Source of the DNA: Octopus sinensis
Lineage: Eukaryota
Length of the DNA stretch: 64,000 nucleotides
Direction: 5' to 3'
Assembly: GCF_006345805.1 (NCBI RefSeq)
Contig: NC_043006.1
Span: forward strand, 98,828,001-98,892,000
The notes beneath the pieces were generated by a model. The model was not told where the DNA came from and ran no database searches. It saw nothing but the letters and a program-made list of their open reading frames with translations. The position numbers and the translations under genes are program-made. Shown in pieces: positions 24,753 to 36,974 of this stretch. Numbering within the stretch: the first letter of the stretch is position 1; each line of letters begins with the position of its first letter.

Positions 24753-25234
24753 ATATATATAAAAGGATGAATGACTTATCCTTTGTTTACAGTTAACACA
24801 GAAAATAGTATAAAGATTTACCAGGGGAGCAAAATTCACGCAATAACAACGATGTAGCCACCGATTCAAAGGGAGTAATTTGTACAGTATAAGTAAATAA
24901 ATGGAGTTGAACGCAGGTGTTATTCAAATTCTTTTACTTTCGACACATGTTTCGAAGACAACATTGGTTTTATTCCTACATTGGTTTTATTCCCCTCCCT
25001 CTCTTCTCAATGAGTATTAGCCATTTCTCGGATTTAAGTCTTCGGAATATATACTTTCTATCGTCGTCAACCTATGGACACTGACTTGATAGGAGTTCGA
25101 CGAAAGCAATATGTTGCGGAATAGGACTTCAAATCATATAAGCACGTCCGATATGCCAAGCTGCTATCGAACATTCTCCCCGGTATCTTCTCCAGTGTCT
25201 TACATGGATACGTAACGCTCTGTTGAAGAGTACC

Positions 25235-25451
25235 TATTTCTTTACTACCCACAAGAGGACAAACAAGGACAGACAAACGGATTAAGTCGATTATATCGAT
25301 CCCAATTCGTAACTGGCACTCATTTAATCGACCCCGAAAGGATGAAAGGCAAAGTCGACCTCGTCGGAATTTGAACTCAGAACGTAGCGTCAGACGAAAT
25401 ACCGCTAATCATTTCGCCCGGCGTGCTAACGATTCTGCCAGCTCGCTGCTA
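25235..25451 (-). mobile_element. SINE family C, full length
   Basis: Homologous to 22884-23114; 14 bp direct repeat tgttgaagagtacc at 25221-25234 and 25452-25465. Confidence 0.9.
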
Positions 25452-25499
25452 TGTTGAAGAGTACCATTGCCATTTTTGTTTACTCGACCAAATTTGCCC

Positions 25500-25900
25500 A
25501 AACCAACCTATTTTCGCGATAATTTTTCGAAAGGGAAGTTGAAATTTCCATCTTTTTGTCACTATCAAGCTTTCTTAGATAAACATTTCTGGTGCTTTTC
25601 AGCACAATGTTGATGCCAGCTGCCCCCCAACGATCTTGCTGTTCGTAGCATGGGGATTTTTTTTTATCATAACATACTTCAGTTTTCGTTCATCTTTGAG
25701 TTTAAGAGCTATTAGTTTGGTCTTTCTTGGAGGAACGAGGGACACCTTGTCGACTGCACCAAACTTCTTAATTTTGCCGTGGTCTCGCGTCAAAGCTTTG
25801 CAGTTGATAGAGTATTTCGTCCTTGAGGTACTAATTTTATTATTTTCTTTCTGTCTCAGCAGACCTTAACTCCTTTTCGCGTTGTCACAGATTTGCAACC
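25500..25900 (-). mobile_element. Tc1-like transposase N-terminal remnant
   Basis: IKKFGAVDK..PRKTKL...DERKLKYVMIKKNPHATNSKI resembles the Tc1 paired-domain/GRPR-linker region. Confidence 0.45.
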
Positions 25901-26271
25901 ACGTTTTATCCACCAAATAATGTGAAAAGATGAAACTAGGTTATAAATTTATTATGTGAAATAGTAAAATATCACATTAATACTGCAGAATTGTGAAAAA
26001 GAATGTTTTAATATGGAATATTCAAATAAGGCTCAATCGGAAAATATACTGTTTGTTAAAAAAACAGTTTTAATATTATGCAAACTCTTTCATTTGCAGA
26101 GTAACGTTGGTTCTTTTGCTCTTTCATTTGCAGAATTATCTTACAGGCAGATACTTTGGGATACTACATAAACGAGTAATATCTGTACAGTTAAATTTGT
26201 TCATGCAAAACTGTTAACCACAAACGCAGTGCAAGTAAGGAATTCCATCCACGTAATGTCCTAGTGAGAAT

Positions 26272-26655
26272 AAGGTGGTAAGCTGGCAGAAACGTTAGCG
26301 CGCCGGGCGAAATGATTAGCGGTATTTCATCTGCCGCTACGTCCTGAGTTCAAATTCGGCCGAGGTCGACTTTGCCTTTCACCCTTTCGGGGTCTATTAA
26401 ATACGTACCAGTTACGCACTGGGGTCGATATAATCGATTTAACCCGTATATCTGTCCTTGTTTGTCCTCTCTGTGTTTAGCCCCTTGTGGGTAGTAAAGA
26501 AATATGTATTTCGTCTGTCATTACGTTCTGAGTTCAAATTCCACCAAGGTTGACTTTGCCTTTAATTTTTTCGGGGTCAATAAATTAAGTACCAGTTGGT
26601 ATCGATTGGCCCCTTCCTCTAAAATTTCGGGCCTTGTGCCTAAAGTAGAAAATAA
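26272..26655 (+). mobile_element. Two head-to-tail SINE family C copies (26272-26507 full length; 26508-26655 5'-truncated with a different tail)
   Basis: Both carry ttctgagttcaaattcc and the gactttgcctt...ggggtc core; the tails differ. Confidence 0.85.
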
Positions 26656-27633
26656 TTTTCTAGTGAGAATTACTACGTGTAGCTGTTGTTGCTGAGCAGT
26701 TTGTGTCATCAAGTTACGGCTAATTCTTTAAGATCTCTCCTATGTAACCTTGAATGGCTTATGCGTGTAAGATTTTAATTCTGTCACAGAGAGAATTTCT
26801 ATTTAAAGTGATGTATATTGATTCGTATAGCAAGGGATTTTAATTAGATAGTCACCTGCGTCATGTCCATCAAGTATTATCTTCTATAACAGCTGCATGA
26901 CAATGGCAGTTCATTGTCGGTACCTGATGGTAGACCTAATAAATCATTCGGTTTTAAAACCCTAGCTCACCTACGATTTATTAAAATTTCCATAGCGATT
27001 ATTTGATTTATTTGAGAGAGTTTCATTACCTAATGAAATATAATATATTTTCTTCTTTAATGATCGTACTCAGTATCACTACACATGCTGGAAATGCAAC
27101 ACATATACGACTTAGATTGCATAGTATCGTCCTCAAAATTATCATATATGATAAAATAATCGGAGAATTATATTTGGGAGAAAGACAGGAAGCTCATTAG
27201 TAATAAGCTGTGTTGCGAATAGCTGGTCTTTGATCATAAAATAATAAAACAACTCAAATTCTTAACTTCCAGTTGAAGACAATTGGCTACAATATGAAAC
27301 TGTTAACAATGCTACATGTTGACTTTTCTCAGGATATTTGCTTTAACCTTAATCCAGAAGCAAAGACTAGTTACTTAACAGAAGAATCCAATAGGTGAAA
27401 ATGTGATTTAAATACATTATTTACTCAAGAAATACATGTCAAGCAAGTAAAAGAATATTATAAGTTGTCTGTGGTGTACAATGAGTGATTAGTTCTGTAA
27501 TCTATTTCAGAATAGAAATAGTATTATATGCATCCGATCCCACCAAATAAACGCATGCTCATCTGCTGATAACCATGTTACAATTGTCAGCTTAGAAATA
27601 TAGATCTGTTTAACACAATCGCGAAATATATAC

Positions 27634-27835
27634 GAAGGCGGCGGTCTAGCAGAAACGTTAGCAAGCTGGGCGAAACGCGTAGCCGTATTTCGTCTGCCGT
27701 TAAGTTCTGAGTTCAAATTCCACCGAGGTCGACTTTGTTATGTACTGGGGATCGATGTAATCGACTTAATCCGTTTGTCTGGCCTTGTTTGTCCCCTCTG
27801 TGTTTAGCCCTTTGTGGGTAGTAAAGAAATAGGTA
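27634..27835 (+). mobile_element. SINE family C with internal deletion
   Basis: gaaggcggcggtctagcagaaacgttagc head and gtagtaaagaaataggta tail. Confidence 0.85.
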
Positions 27836-29942
27836 TATATATCTACCTTTGTTACTGATGTCAGCATTCCCCATATTAAACATATGTTCTAGCCAATGAT
27901 GTGAGCATACAGCCAACCCTACCTATCATAATACTGCAATCCATGTTCTATTGAATATAATGAGCAAAATAACTTTCTGCTGATTCACACAGACATCGTA
28001 TCGTTGCTCTGGGGAAATGGCATACAGCTTTTTGCCAAGTGCTACTTCATGTAACTGAAGTAGTGAAAATTTCTTATCTTAATATGTTCACATAAATTAC
28101 TGCTCGCAGAGGAAAATAAGTAATATTCAATAAGATATTTGCATATTTGAAAAATAATTGCTCCGTTTGGAAAAGAGAGAGGAATTAAAGATGTGATTAA
28201 GCTTACATGATTACCAGTTATTTTATAATTAGTATATATTCTACATAGATTATATACGACACATTTAAATTAACACTGAATGATTATAGTTCCAACTAAT
28301 AAAGTTGTATTACTGTTTTAGGAGAACATATTTTAAGGGGAAGCTTTTAATATTAATTTAGATGTAGTATTAATTGTTTTGTGTATTACATTAATTACTA
28401 TTACATTATTCTTTGCTTGAGTATTACGGTTCGACACTTTTAAAGCAATTTACATAATTTGTTTATTTCTATAATTAATGTTTGTCATGAACATTTTGTT
28501 AATTTTTTGTTCTTAATGATTCATTCCTACCGCCATTGCAACAAAATAATGATATAAGCCACAATGACCAAACACCTTTTTTACCCAAATCTGAAAATAA
28601 ATTACATACTACGTGGCTATGACAGTGAATATTTAGTATATAGTTATATGCTATTATGCTGGTATAGGAACACGTTTACTTTTATAAATAGCTTGGCTTT
28701 CAAATAGAAGCCTATTCTTTTAATATTGTTCTAGAGCCATTACCGACAAAAAAAAAAAATACTATTTTCGAAGTAATTTTAGAATTACGAGAAAAGATGC
28801 AGCTTTTCTTTGACATGAAAACTGTTTATGTTCTCACTTCCTTCCAATTCCAATTTATTTTTGGATTATTTACTGATACTGTTCGTGAAAAAAGTAGGTC
28901 TCATTTCGTGATGCTTTTTATCTAATAAATTGACGTATCTTTGATTTGGAACCTCATTACCAGGACTAGACATACATAAAATCTTCCTGTGTTACATCCT
29001 ATTTACTAATCATTGTGAACTTGCAACTAATACTGAAATGTTGATAATTCAAAGCATTGTAGATATAATCATACACTGCTACATTGCACCATCCCATTTT
29101 AGATTTCGCGGAATGCCGTTTTCTAACATCAAAGTGTGTTCCACGTTTCTTTACCATCGGATATTACTTGAAATTTACAAGTGAATAAAGAGAACATCAA
29201 AGTTTTTTTCCCTTTACTTTATTTTTTAATACTTTGGAAAACAAATTAATTTCCATATATACGTGTGATTAATATTTCTGAGTTGTTTCTTGTATTCTAA
29301 TATATTTTCTTAGTTGCATTAATGACATCTATGTTTAAGCACTAAAGGTGATTCATAATCATCTGGGAATATAAAAACGTATAAGCTTGACTTTATAATA
29401 ATACGACCTTCGAAAACAGGAAATACATAAAGTGTCACATATAATCGATTAAACTCATCTAACAGTTATCATTTCCATTAAACTATTTTTCGTTGAAAAA
29501 TAATTATTCTCAAAATTACTGTTTCTGTTATATAGACGTTACTCTGATGTTTGAAGTAGAAGTAATAAAAGCGATAAGGTTGAGTTCAATGGATACTGAA
29601 TTCTCAGCCATCATTTATAGGCTGATATCTATCTTACATGTCGTATTAATTATATGATGGAACCAATGAAGTAACTGATATATGATCAACCAATTTCTAT
29701 TGGGTAGCAATGTGCTACACTTCAAAATATATGTTAATTTTCAGAGAAAAAGAATATACTTCAAAGTCAGTTCAATGGAATAGGCTAGACAGACCCTCGA
29801 AGACTTTCGAAATTATATCTGCAAGATCATGGCTAAAGACTTTCGAAGGCATATATTTACAAATAGTATATTGATTGTTAAATTTGATATAACGGAGCTG
29901 AAAATATATATTCAGTTTTCTGTAACACTTCATAAGACATGC

Positions 29943-29985
<43 letters not shown>

Positions 29986-31375
29986 ATTATATATATATAT
30001 ATATATTATATATATATATATATATATACATACATATATACATACATACGTATATACATATATATCACTATCACATCTGCTCAGGTAACATAGATTTCAT
30101 AGAAGTGGATCCAGAAATATCTCCCATCATTTCTTTGACGTCGATATGACACTCTTTAGGCCAGATATTATATCAAACACATAAAACAAAACAAAAAATT
30201 GCATCTTATTTAGCAATTTCCTATAAACATTGGAATGAAATTTGGTGAGTTCTGGTTGGCATTTTTGGCAATAACATTTGTGCCCTCTTCTGAAAACCCA
30301 AACATTAACGGCTTGATAAATCAATATCTACAGACATGTAACCAATATAGATATTCGAGAAAAGATGCATATGTCTGGGACGATGAGCCCATAAATAATT
30401 AGGGGGACCCGAAATGAATACCTCAGGTGTGTAAAGAGAATATGGTAATCAGAACTCTCACCTTACAACAAGCATTTTGCCTAGAACACGTTTGCAGTGT
30501 CTGTCGTTACGTTTACGTTTGTACTTCTGAACTGGTGACATAAAGAACTCAATGAGATTGAGGTTCGAACTAGCAAGCTTGGTGTTGTAGGAAACCTCAG
30601 CATCAATGGATATGAAAACAGGAACTACTTCCTGTAAGAAAGCTGTTCATGGGCTAGAATCTGTACAGGTGTCATAAAAGGCATGTATATAACACTGAAG
30701 TAACATCTGCATCAGTGGAAAGAGATGAGTAACAATCTAGCCCAAGTGTGTGACTATAGAATCAACAACATAATTAAGATAGCTTTTGAACTTGAGAAGT
30801 GTGCTACAAGACCTGCTACCGATATCTCCCCCAAGGATCATTGAGAAAATCTATTTATCAGAAAAAAAGCAAATTAAAAATTAAACAAAACCGACGCATA
30901 TCACCGCAGAATGCAACCTAAAATTAATAAGTCTGTAATCCCATCATTACCGGACACGTTTCAGGTTCTCTCGCACAGGAATACTTTCCTGTCTCTCTAT
31001 CATTACGCTATTCTGCCTTACTAATCACCTGGCTACGTAGCTCGTCACTTCGACTCTTAATTCTCTCAAACCCTCTAAACCATGTTAATTTCAACCAGTT
31101 TTTCGCTTACTGCAAAGTAATTACTACATCTAATCAATGTAATCCTAGAATATCGTTTCACTGGTATCTAATAACTCATCAAGTCTTTCCAGCATGTGCT
31201 TCTCGTGCCCCCAAAGAAATTGAATTTTAATTGCATAAACCTCATGAGTCACGTTTACCATTTTAAATATTACACAAATTGTTTCCTTTTTTAAGGCTAC
31301 GCAAATATATATATATATATATATATATAAAGGCTACGCAGATAAAAAAAAAATACAAATATATGCATATGTATA

Positions 31376-32146
31376 CGTGGTCTGATCAATAAGTATCCGG
31401 ACCGTTGCTACAGAAGGGTAACACACACAGAGTGCAGCCACACGGCACAGATTGACCTTAAACTCTGTTATGCATGTGCACTAAGTTTTAACGTTCTTGC
31501 TCACTTCCGCTGTTTACAACAGTGTTTAGAAGGAAGGTGTGTAGTGTGTGATCATCACATTGACTATAATATAGAAAGTTGCATCTAATTCTGCCAATAG
31601 CTTGACGATACCTGCTCAAAGGGCTACGCGAAGTTTTCAAAATATTTTAAACGTTCTTGACACATTCAAAGAATTCTTGTGCAACTGAAATCCTAGTGTC
31701 TTTTTGATCAGCTTTTTGATAATCTGCACATACTCTGATAACATATGGATAGTGATTCGACGATTTCCCCTCACAGCTGCACGCACATCTGCGATATTTT
31801 TCTTAGATCTGCTGGTTTCGGGTCTCCCAGAAGTTTCGTCAATATCGACATTTTTTTGGTCATCCTAGAAAAGTCTGAACCACTCATACTTTTGCGTGCT
31901 GTTCATGCACTCCTCTCCATACTCTTTCAGCAACATTGCGTAGTGCTCTTAGCAGGTATCGCCATGACAACTTTCTGAATACGACAACACACGCTACACA
32001 CATTCCTTTCAAACACTGCTGTAAATAGCGGAAGTGAACCACAACGTTAAAACTTAGTGCCCATGCATAGAAGATTTCAAGGTCAATCTGTGTGCTTTAG
32101 CTTCGCTACTATGGCAACAGTCCGGATACTTATTGATCAGACCTCG
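31376..32146. mobile_element. Mariner-derived non-autonomous foldback element
   Basis: TA-flanked TIRs cg(t/a)ggtctgatcaataagtatccggac. The minus strand encodes a mariner N-terminal remnant (YGEECMNSTQKYEWFRLF..DETSGRPETSRSKKNIADVRAAVRGNRRITI). Confidence 0.85.
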
Positions 32147-32164
32147 TATGTACGTATGTCTGTA

Positions 32165-32174
32165 TCTATCCATG

Positions 32175-32267
<93 letters not shown>

Positions 32268-32360
32268 GCCTGTCTATCTATCTATCTATCTAGCAATCTA
32301 TCTATTTATCTATCTATCTCTATCTATCTAGATAGGTAGATAGATAGATGGATAGATTGA
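32165..32360. repeat. (TCTA)n microsatellite turning into (TAGA)n
   Basis: Direct inspection. Confidence 0.95.
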
Positions 32361-32757
32361 TAGATATAGTTATGCATTCGGTAACATACTTTGATGCGTA
32401 TACGTTATCATATATTTTCAACTCCCTGTCAAGAACAACATTACACTCGTATATATATATATATGTGAGTGTTGCTTTATAACGCCTTATGAAGAAAAGA
32501 TAGGATAGATTGTTATAAACACGAGTCAGTTAATATTCACAAAACCAATTACTGATATTTCAAATGCCTTTAATAAGTAGGTTTTAAGTGGTTACGTAAC
32601 AAATTGTTACCACTTGAAACCTTCGCAGTAGAAGCTTTGGAAATATCAATAATTGGTTTTGAGATTATACATACACATACATAGAAACATCTGCGTGTTT
32701 GTGCGCGCGCGTGTGTGTGTGTTCGCGTGTGTGGGTGTGTAACATAAATATATACAG

Positions 32758-32777
32758 ATATATATATATATATATAT

Positions 32778-32826
<49 letters not shown>

Positions 32827-32827
32827 G

Positions 32828-32894
<67 letters not shown>

Positions 32895-32950
32895 CAGATA
32901 GATAGATAGATATAGATGTACAGAGAGGGAGAGAGAGAGCGATAGATAGG
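32758..32950. repeat. (TA)n(GATA)n microsatellite
   Basis: Direct inspection. Confidence 0.95.
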
Positions 32951-33714
32951 TATCTATAACCGAATAAGCGGCAATCGGCAATGAATATATCCTCATAGTT
33001 TAAGGCGGATTGGTTAAAACTCCTGCTGATCAATTTTAATACACAAACGCAGAACGCAATATTGCCGCAGTTGAATAATCATAAAACCAAAAGCCTTTGA
33101 ATATATCTATACAAATATTTTCAGATATATCTGCAAGGTGTATCTGCGTGTCTGTGTAGGACAGTGAATATCAAAATAATTATGCAACTATTTCGATGTC
33201 TCAAAGATTCCCTAAAAGTCCTTACCTCAATGTATTCAATGATTTATGATAACAGAATATCATATAAACAATTATGATTAGCTGCTCTTCAATAAGACGA
33301 TTGAGTATAATAATTTATATTTAGAACGAGCAAACTGTCCCCCGCCCCGTCCAATGGATGGTGCTGAGTTGTCAAATATTTCAACCAAATTTTCTCAAAA
33401 CAGCTTGTGCGACTGTCCCATAGGTCTCCCCTTTGAGAAACACTGATTTAGCCTAAATTTGAGACACCAGCAAAAGAAGAAATACAGATAGACTTTTTTT
33501 CTATTCCAAAGAAAAAGGATTTTATTCACACATATTCAACCGAAGAGTTTAAAGTACCACTAATGATAAGGTTGTTGTCTGCGAGAGCACAAACATGGTT
33601 CAAACAGTAAGCTTGGCAGGAAAGAAACGTGCCTTTAAGCAGTACGAAAACAACAAAAAATGGAAGGTGCAGTTATGTACCTGTTGACGGAAGGAAAGCA
33701 GAACAAAAATGGCT

Positions 33715-33893
33715 TTATCGATCGCATTCTCACCTGGAATCGATTTTTGTAATGTTTTCAAAACTTATACACGACCTGATACCGTCGGTATCAACATATC
33801 AAATTTGAGCGCAATCGGATGGAGGGTGCCCGAGATCCGAGAAGACACACAGACAGACAGACAGACAGACAGAACGGATTGTATGTAAGAGAT
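33715..33893 (+). mobile_element. HINE/Lep1-like element 3' part
   Basis: caaatttgagcgcaatcggatg followed by (CAGA)n and a gtaagagat end, the same architecture as 8760-8869. Confidence 0.55.
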
Positions 33894-36589
33894 ATGTCTG
33901 TGGATGAGTTGAACCGCTGGATGTTGATTTTTTCTTCCTGTTTTGTTTTTTGATCACAGAGAAACGTTATGGTTTGCTACAGACCGAAGCACAGTATCAC
34001 GCGTTATCGAGCTTTAAGATGTGATTATACAGTTTGCTAAAACATTTACTCAAGAGTTACTGACTAATTCAAAGAGTGAAGAATATATGATGCTTGCATG
34101 GTAGATTTTCGCACAGTTTAGAAGTCTTGCTTCCTCGGAATTTTATCATAATTGAAACAAGCCCACGATATCGCTGAATGAGATTTTATATACAAATACT
34201 CCCATGTGAAGCAAATGCCTTGTGCACAAACAATGTCTTGGCACTTAAATAACGATGTTATTCCATAGGAAGGCTTATTTTCCACAGCAACTGATGTACC
34301 CCAAATTATTTAACTGTATATATTTAAGGTCAGTGTTTACATGGTAACTCTTTTCGTATTTTGTGTCCTTATCCATTATGTAGATATACACTACGTAAAT
34401 TGTTTCTACACATATTGTTTTCTTTAAACCTAAATTATCATGGGCCCACTACACCTGTAACGAGGAGTTACCATAGCGGCATCATAATTATCGTGAACTA
34501 GATTGGCTAATATATACTTCCAGTGGTAAATTATGATTTGAGAAAATTTTGATTGCCAGTATTAGCAGTCAGAGCAACTTATCAGAATTTCCTACAAAAC
34601 ATTCCGATAATGAAATAAATTGATAGTTAAACCTATTCCGTTGTACTGGAAAGGGAGCAAAGGCATAGTATATATGCTGCAATAATAGTATAAAATATAT
34701 ATACAACGATTACGAGAACAAGGATGGTGCTGACGGTAGTAGCGTCAGTGGTAGTGATAGTGGTAGGTACTGGTGATAGTGATGGCAGCAGTAATCGTTA
34801 TTATTAATATCTCTATCTTTACATAAATATAATGCAATTAATTCGTTCCAGTTTTCTATTAGAGAGTTTATTTTACAGAATATTCATTTGGTTGGAAGAT
34901 TTGATATTTGTAATGTTCCGAAAAATGATTTATAACAATTTTGATGAAATTATTGTTCTTCGCTTGATTTCTTTCAGTTGATGCGAGTAACAATTCGGCT
35001 ATTACATGATTTTCGTTTCGTTACCATTTAGCCTTCCTACTTTTGTCATTACACATATCGTGAGGTCGTTATTAAGAATTTTTTGTTGTAGTTGCGTTTA
35101 TAATTTATAACTTGTTCCTTCAACCTTTTTCTGCGCAAACGTTAATGCTACGTAATAATACAATAGTTTTAAGTGACAAGTTATTGAAGAAGCAGAAAAA
35201 TACGAATCAAATTTAGTTTTTTGACACACTTTCTTTCCCATTTGATTGGATAATTTTTTCAAATTTAATATTTAAAGAATTTAATTGTGTGTTTATCAAA
35301 AACTTTTTTCCTATTTTTCTCTCTTTTATCATGATCAACTGGATAATGTTGAAACTATTAAAGATAATAATTGCTGGCTATAATGCTATATTTGCTCTCA
35401 TTTAACGTAAAATTACGAGCGTTTAAATCAAATCGATATGAATGTATCGAAATGAAGCAAAAACTAAATCTATAAATAAAATAAACAGTACTAAGATATA
35501 ATATAATATACAAATTAGTGATCAAAATGTGATAGGAAAACAATAACATCGACCCGAACGAGAATTAAATACGATACGAGTGCGACGGAGCAATAGATTA
35601 AATGGCATTCGACACTGTCGCATGTATGAAGTCATCAAACATAATACAAATATATTTAATTGTAGGTGAGCCTTGTGCACAAATAAATAAGTGTGAAAAT
35701 GCGTAACTCATTCATTCACACGCAGATACATTGTGTGTGTGTGTGTGTAATAACAGTATGTGTGTGTGTGTTTGTATTGTATAGTTGTGCTATACATGAA
35801 AGTAAATATTATAAATATATAAAATTTTTATATAATGTCTAAATAATATATACATACATACAAACATCCGCACCGGAGAAAAACACTGAGAGGCTTGTCT
35901 GTAGCTTGTAGGGTAAACGGTAAACTTGTCTGCATAAAGAATTATCAAACAAGAGTAAGGAGGAAGAGAGAAAGGGATAAGAAACATAAGGTGCTTCAGA
36001 AACTCCCAGAATGGAAAGCTAAGCACATAAGAGACTTTCCCTCTTCCTATCTCTATATCTCTTTAGCTCTTTCCTTATCAGTCAAAAGGAAAGAATATAG
36101 AAAATGTCGGTCATACTACTGTATACTATCATTTTTAATTTCAAATGAATCCTTTCCTTCACAGTTAAGAAAATAGGCAAAACAAAAAAGATTAAAAAAG
36201 TAAAATAGACAGTATATAATTCCTAAAGATCTTCACTGAACGTAGACCAACTAAGTTCATGATCCCGAAGTATGTTGTAGGGAGGAGTCTATAAGTAGGG
36301 CGAAGTAACGTTATTTTCGATTACCAGGACAAAAGTGAAAACAAAATGGACTATAGAGAAACATTATTTTATATTCCTTCACACACTTAAAATAAATGAC
36401 CTCTCATAATAATAGTAGCCATAAATCCTGAGCGGTCCGCTTACCTTAAAAGCAAACAACACCCACTCTTTATTTCTTATTAAATTCTGTGTGTGTGTGT
36501 CTCTCTCTCTCACTCCTTCTCTTACCCCGAAAACAACAGTAGGAGGCCAATCAAATCTCCCACGTATTCATATACATATATATAAATAT

Positions 36590-36625
<36 letters not shown>

Positions 36626-36815
36626 GTGTGTGTGTGTATACCTAACAGAAAGCAAATCGTTAAACGTTTGGATTAATCCCATACTGTTTACAAGTATGTG
36701 TCTGTGTAAATGTTTCCATACATGCATTTGTATACAACATATATAAACACATAGACAGTCACGCGCACACACACGCGCACACTCAAACACATACATACAT
36801 ACATACCAACATACA

Positions 36816-36926
<111 letters not shown>

Positions 36927-36974
36927 ATATATATATGGAGAGAATATTTTTTCTCAAAGAGTTAAGATTGAGGA

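Noticed and set aside
27333-27394. Candidate 62 nt internal exon (DICFNLNPEAKTSYLTEESN) with AG/GT borders
   Set aside because: Short open segments with splice-like borders arise by chance; no recognisable domain or partner exon. It would need RNA-seq support.
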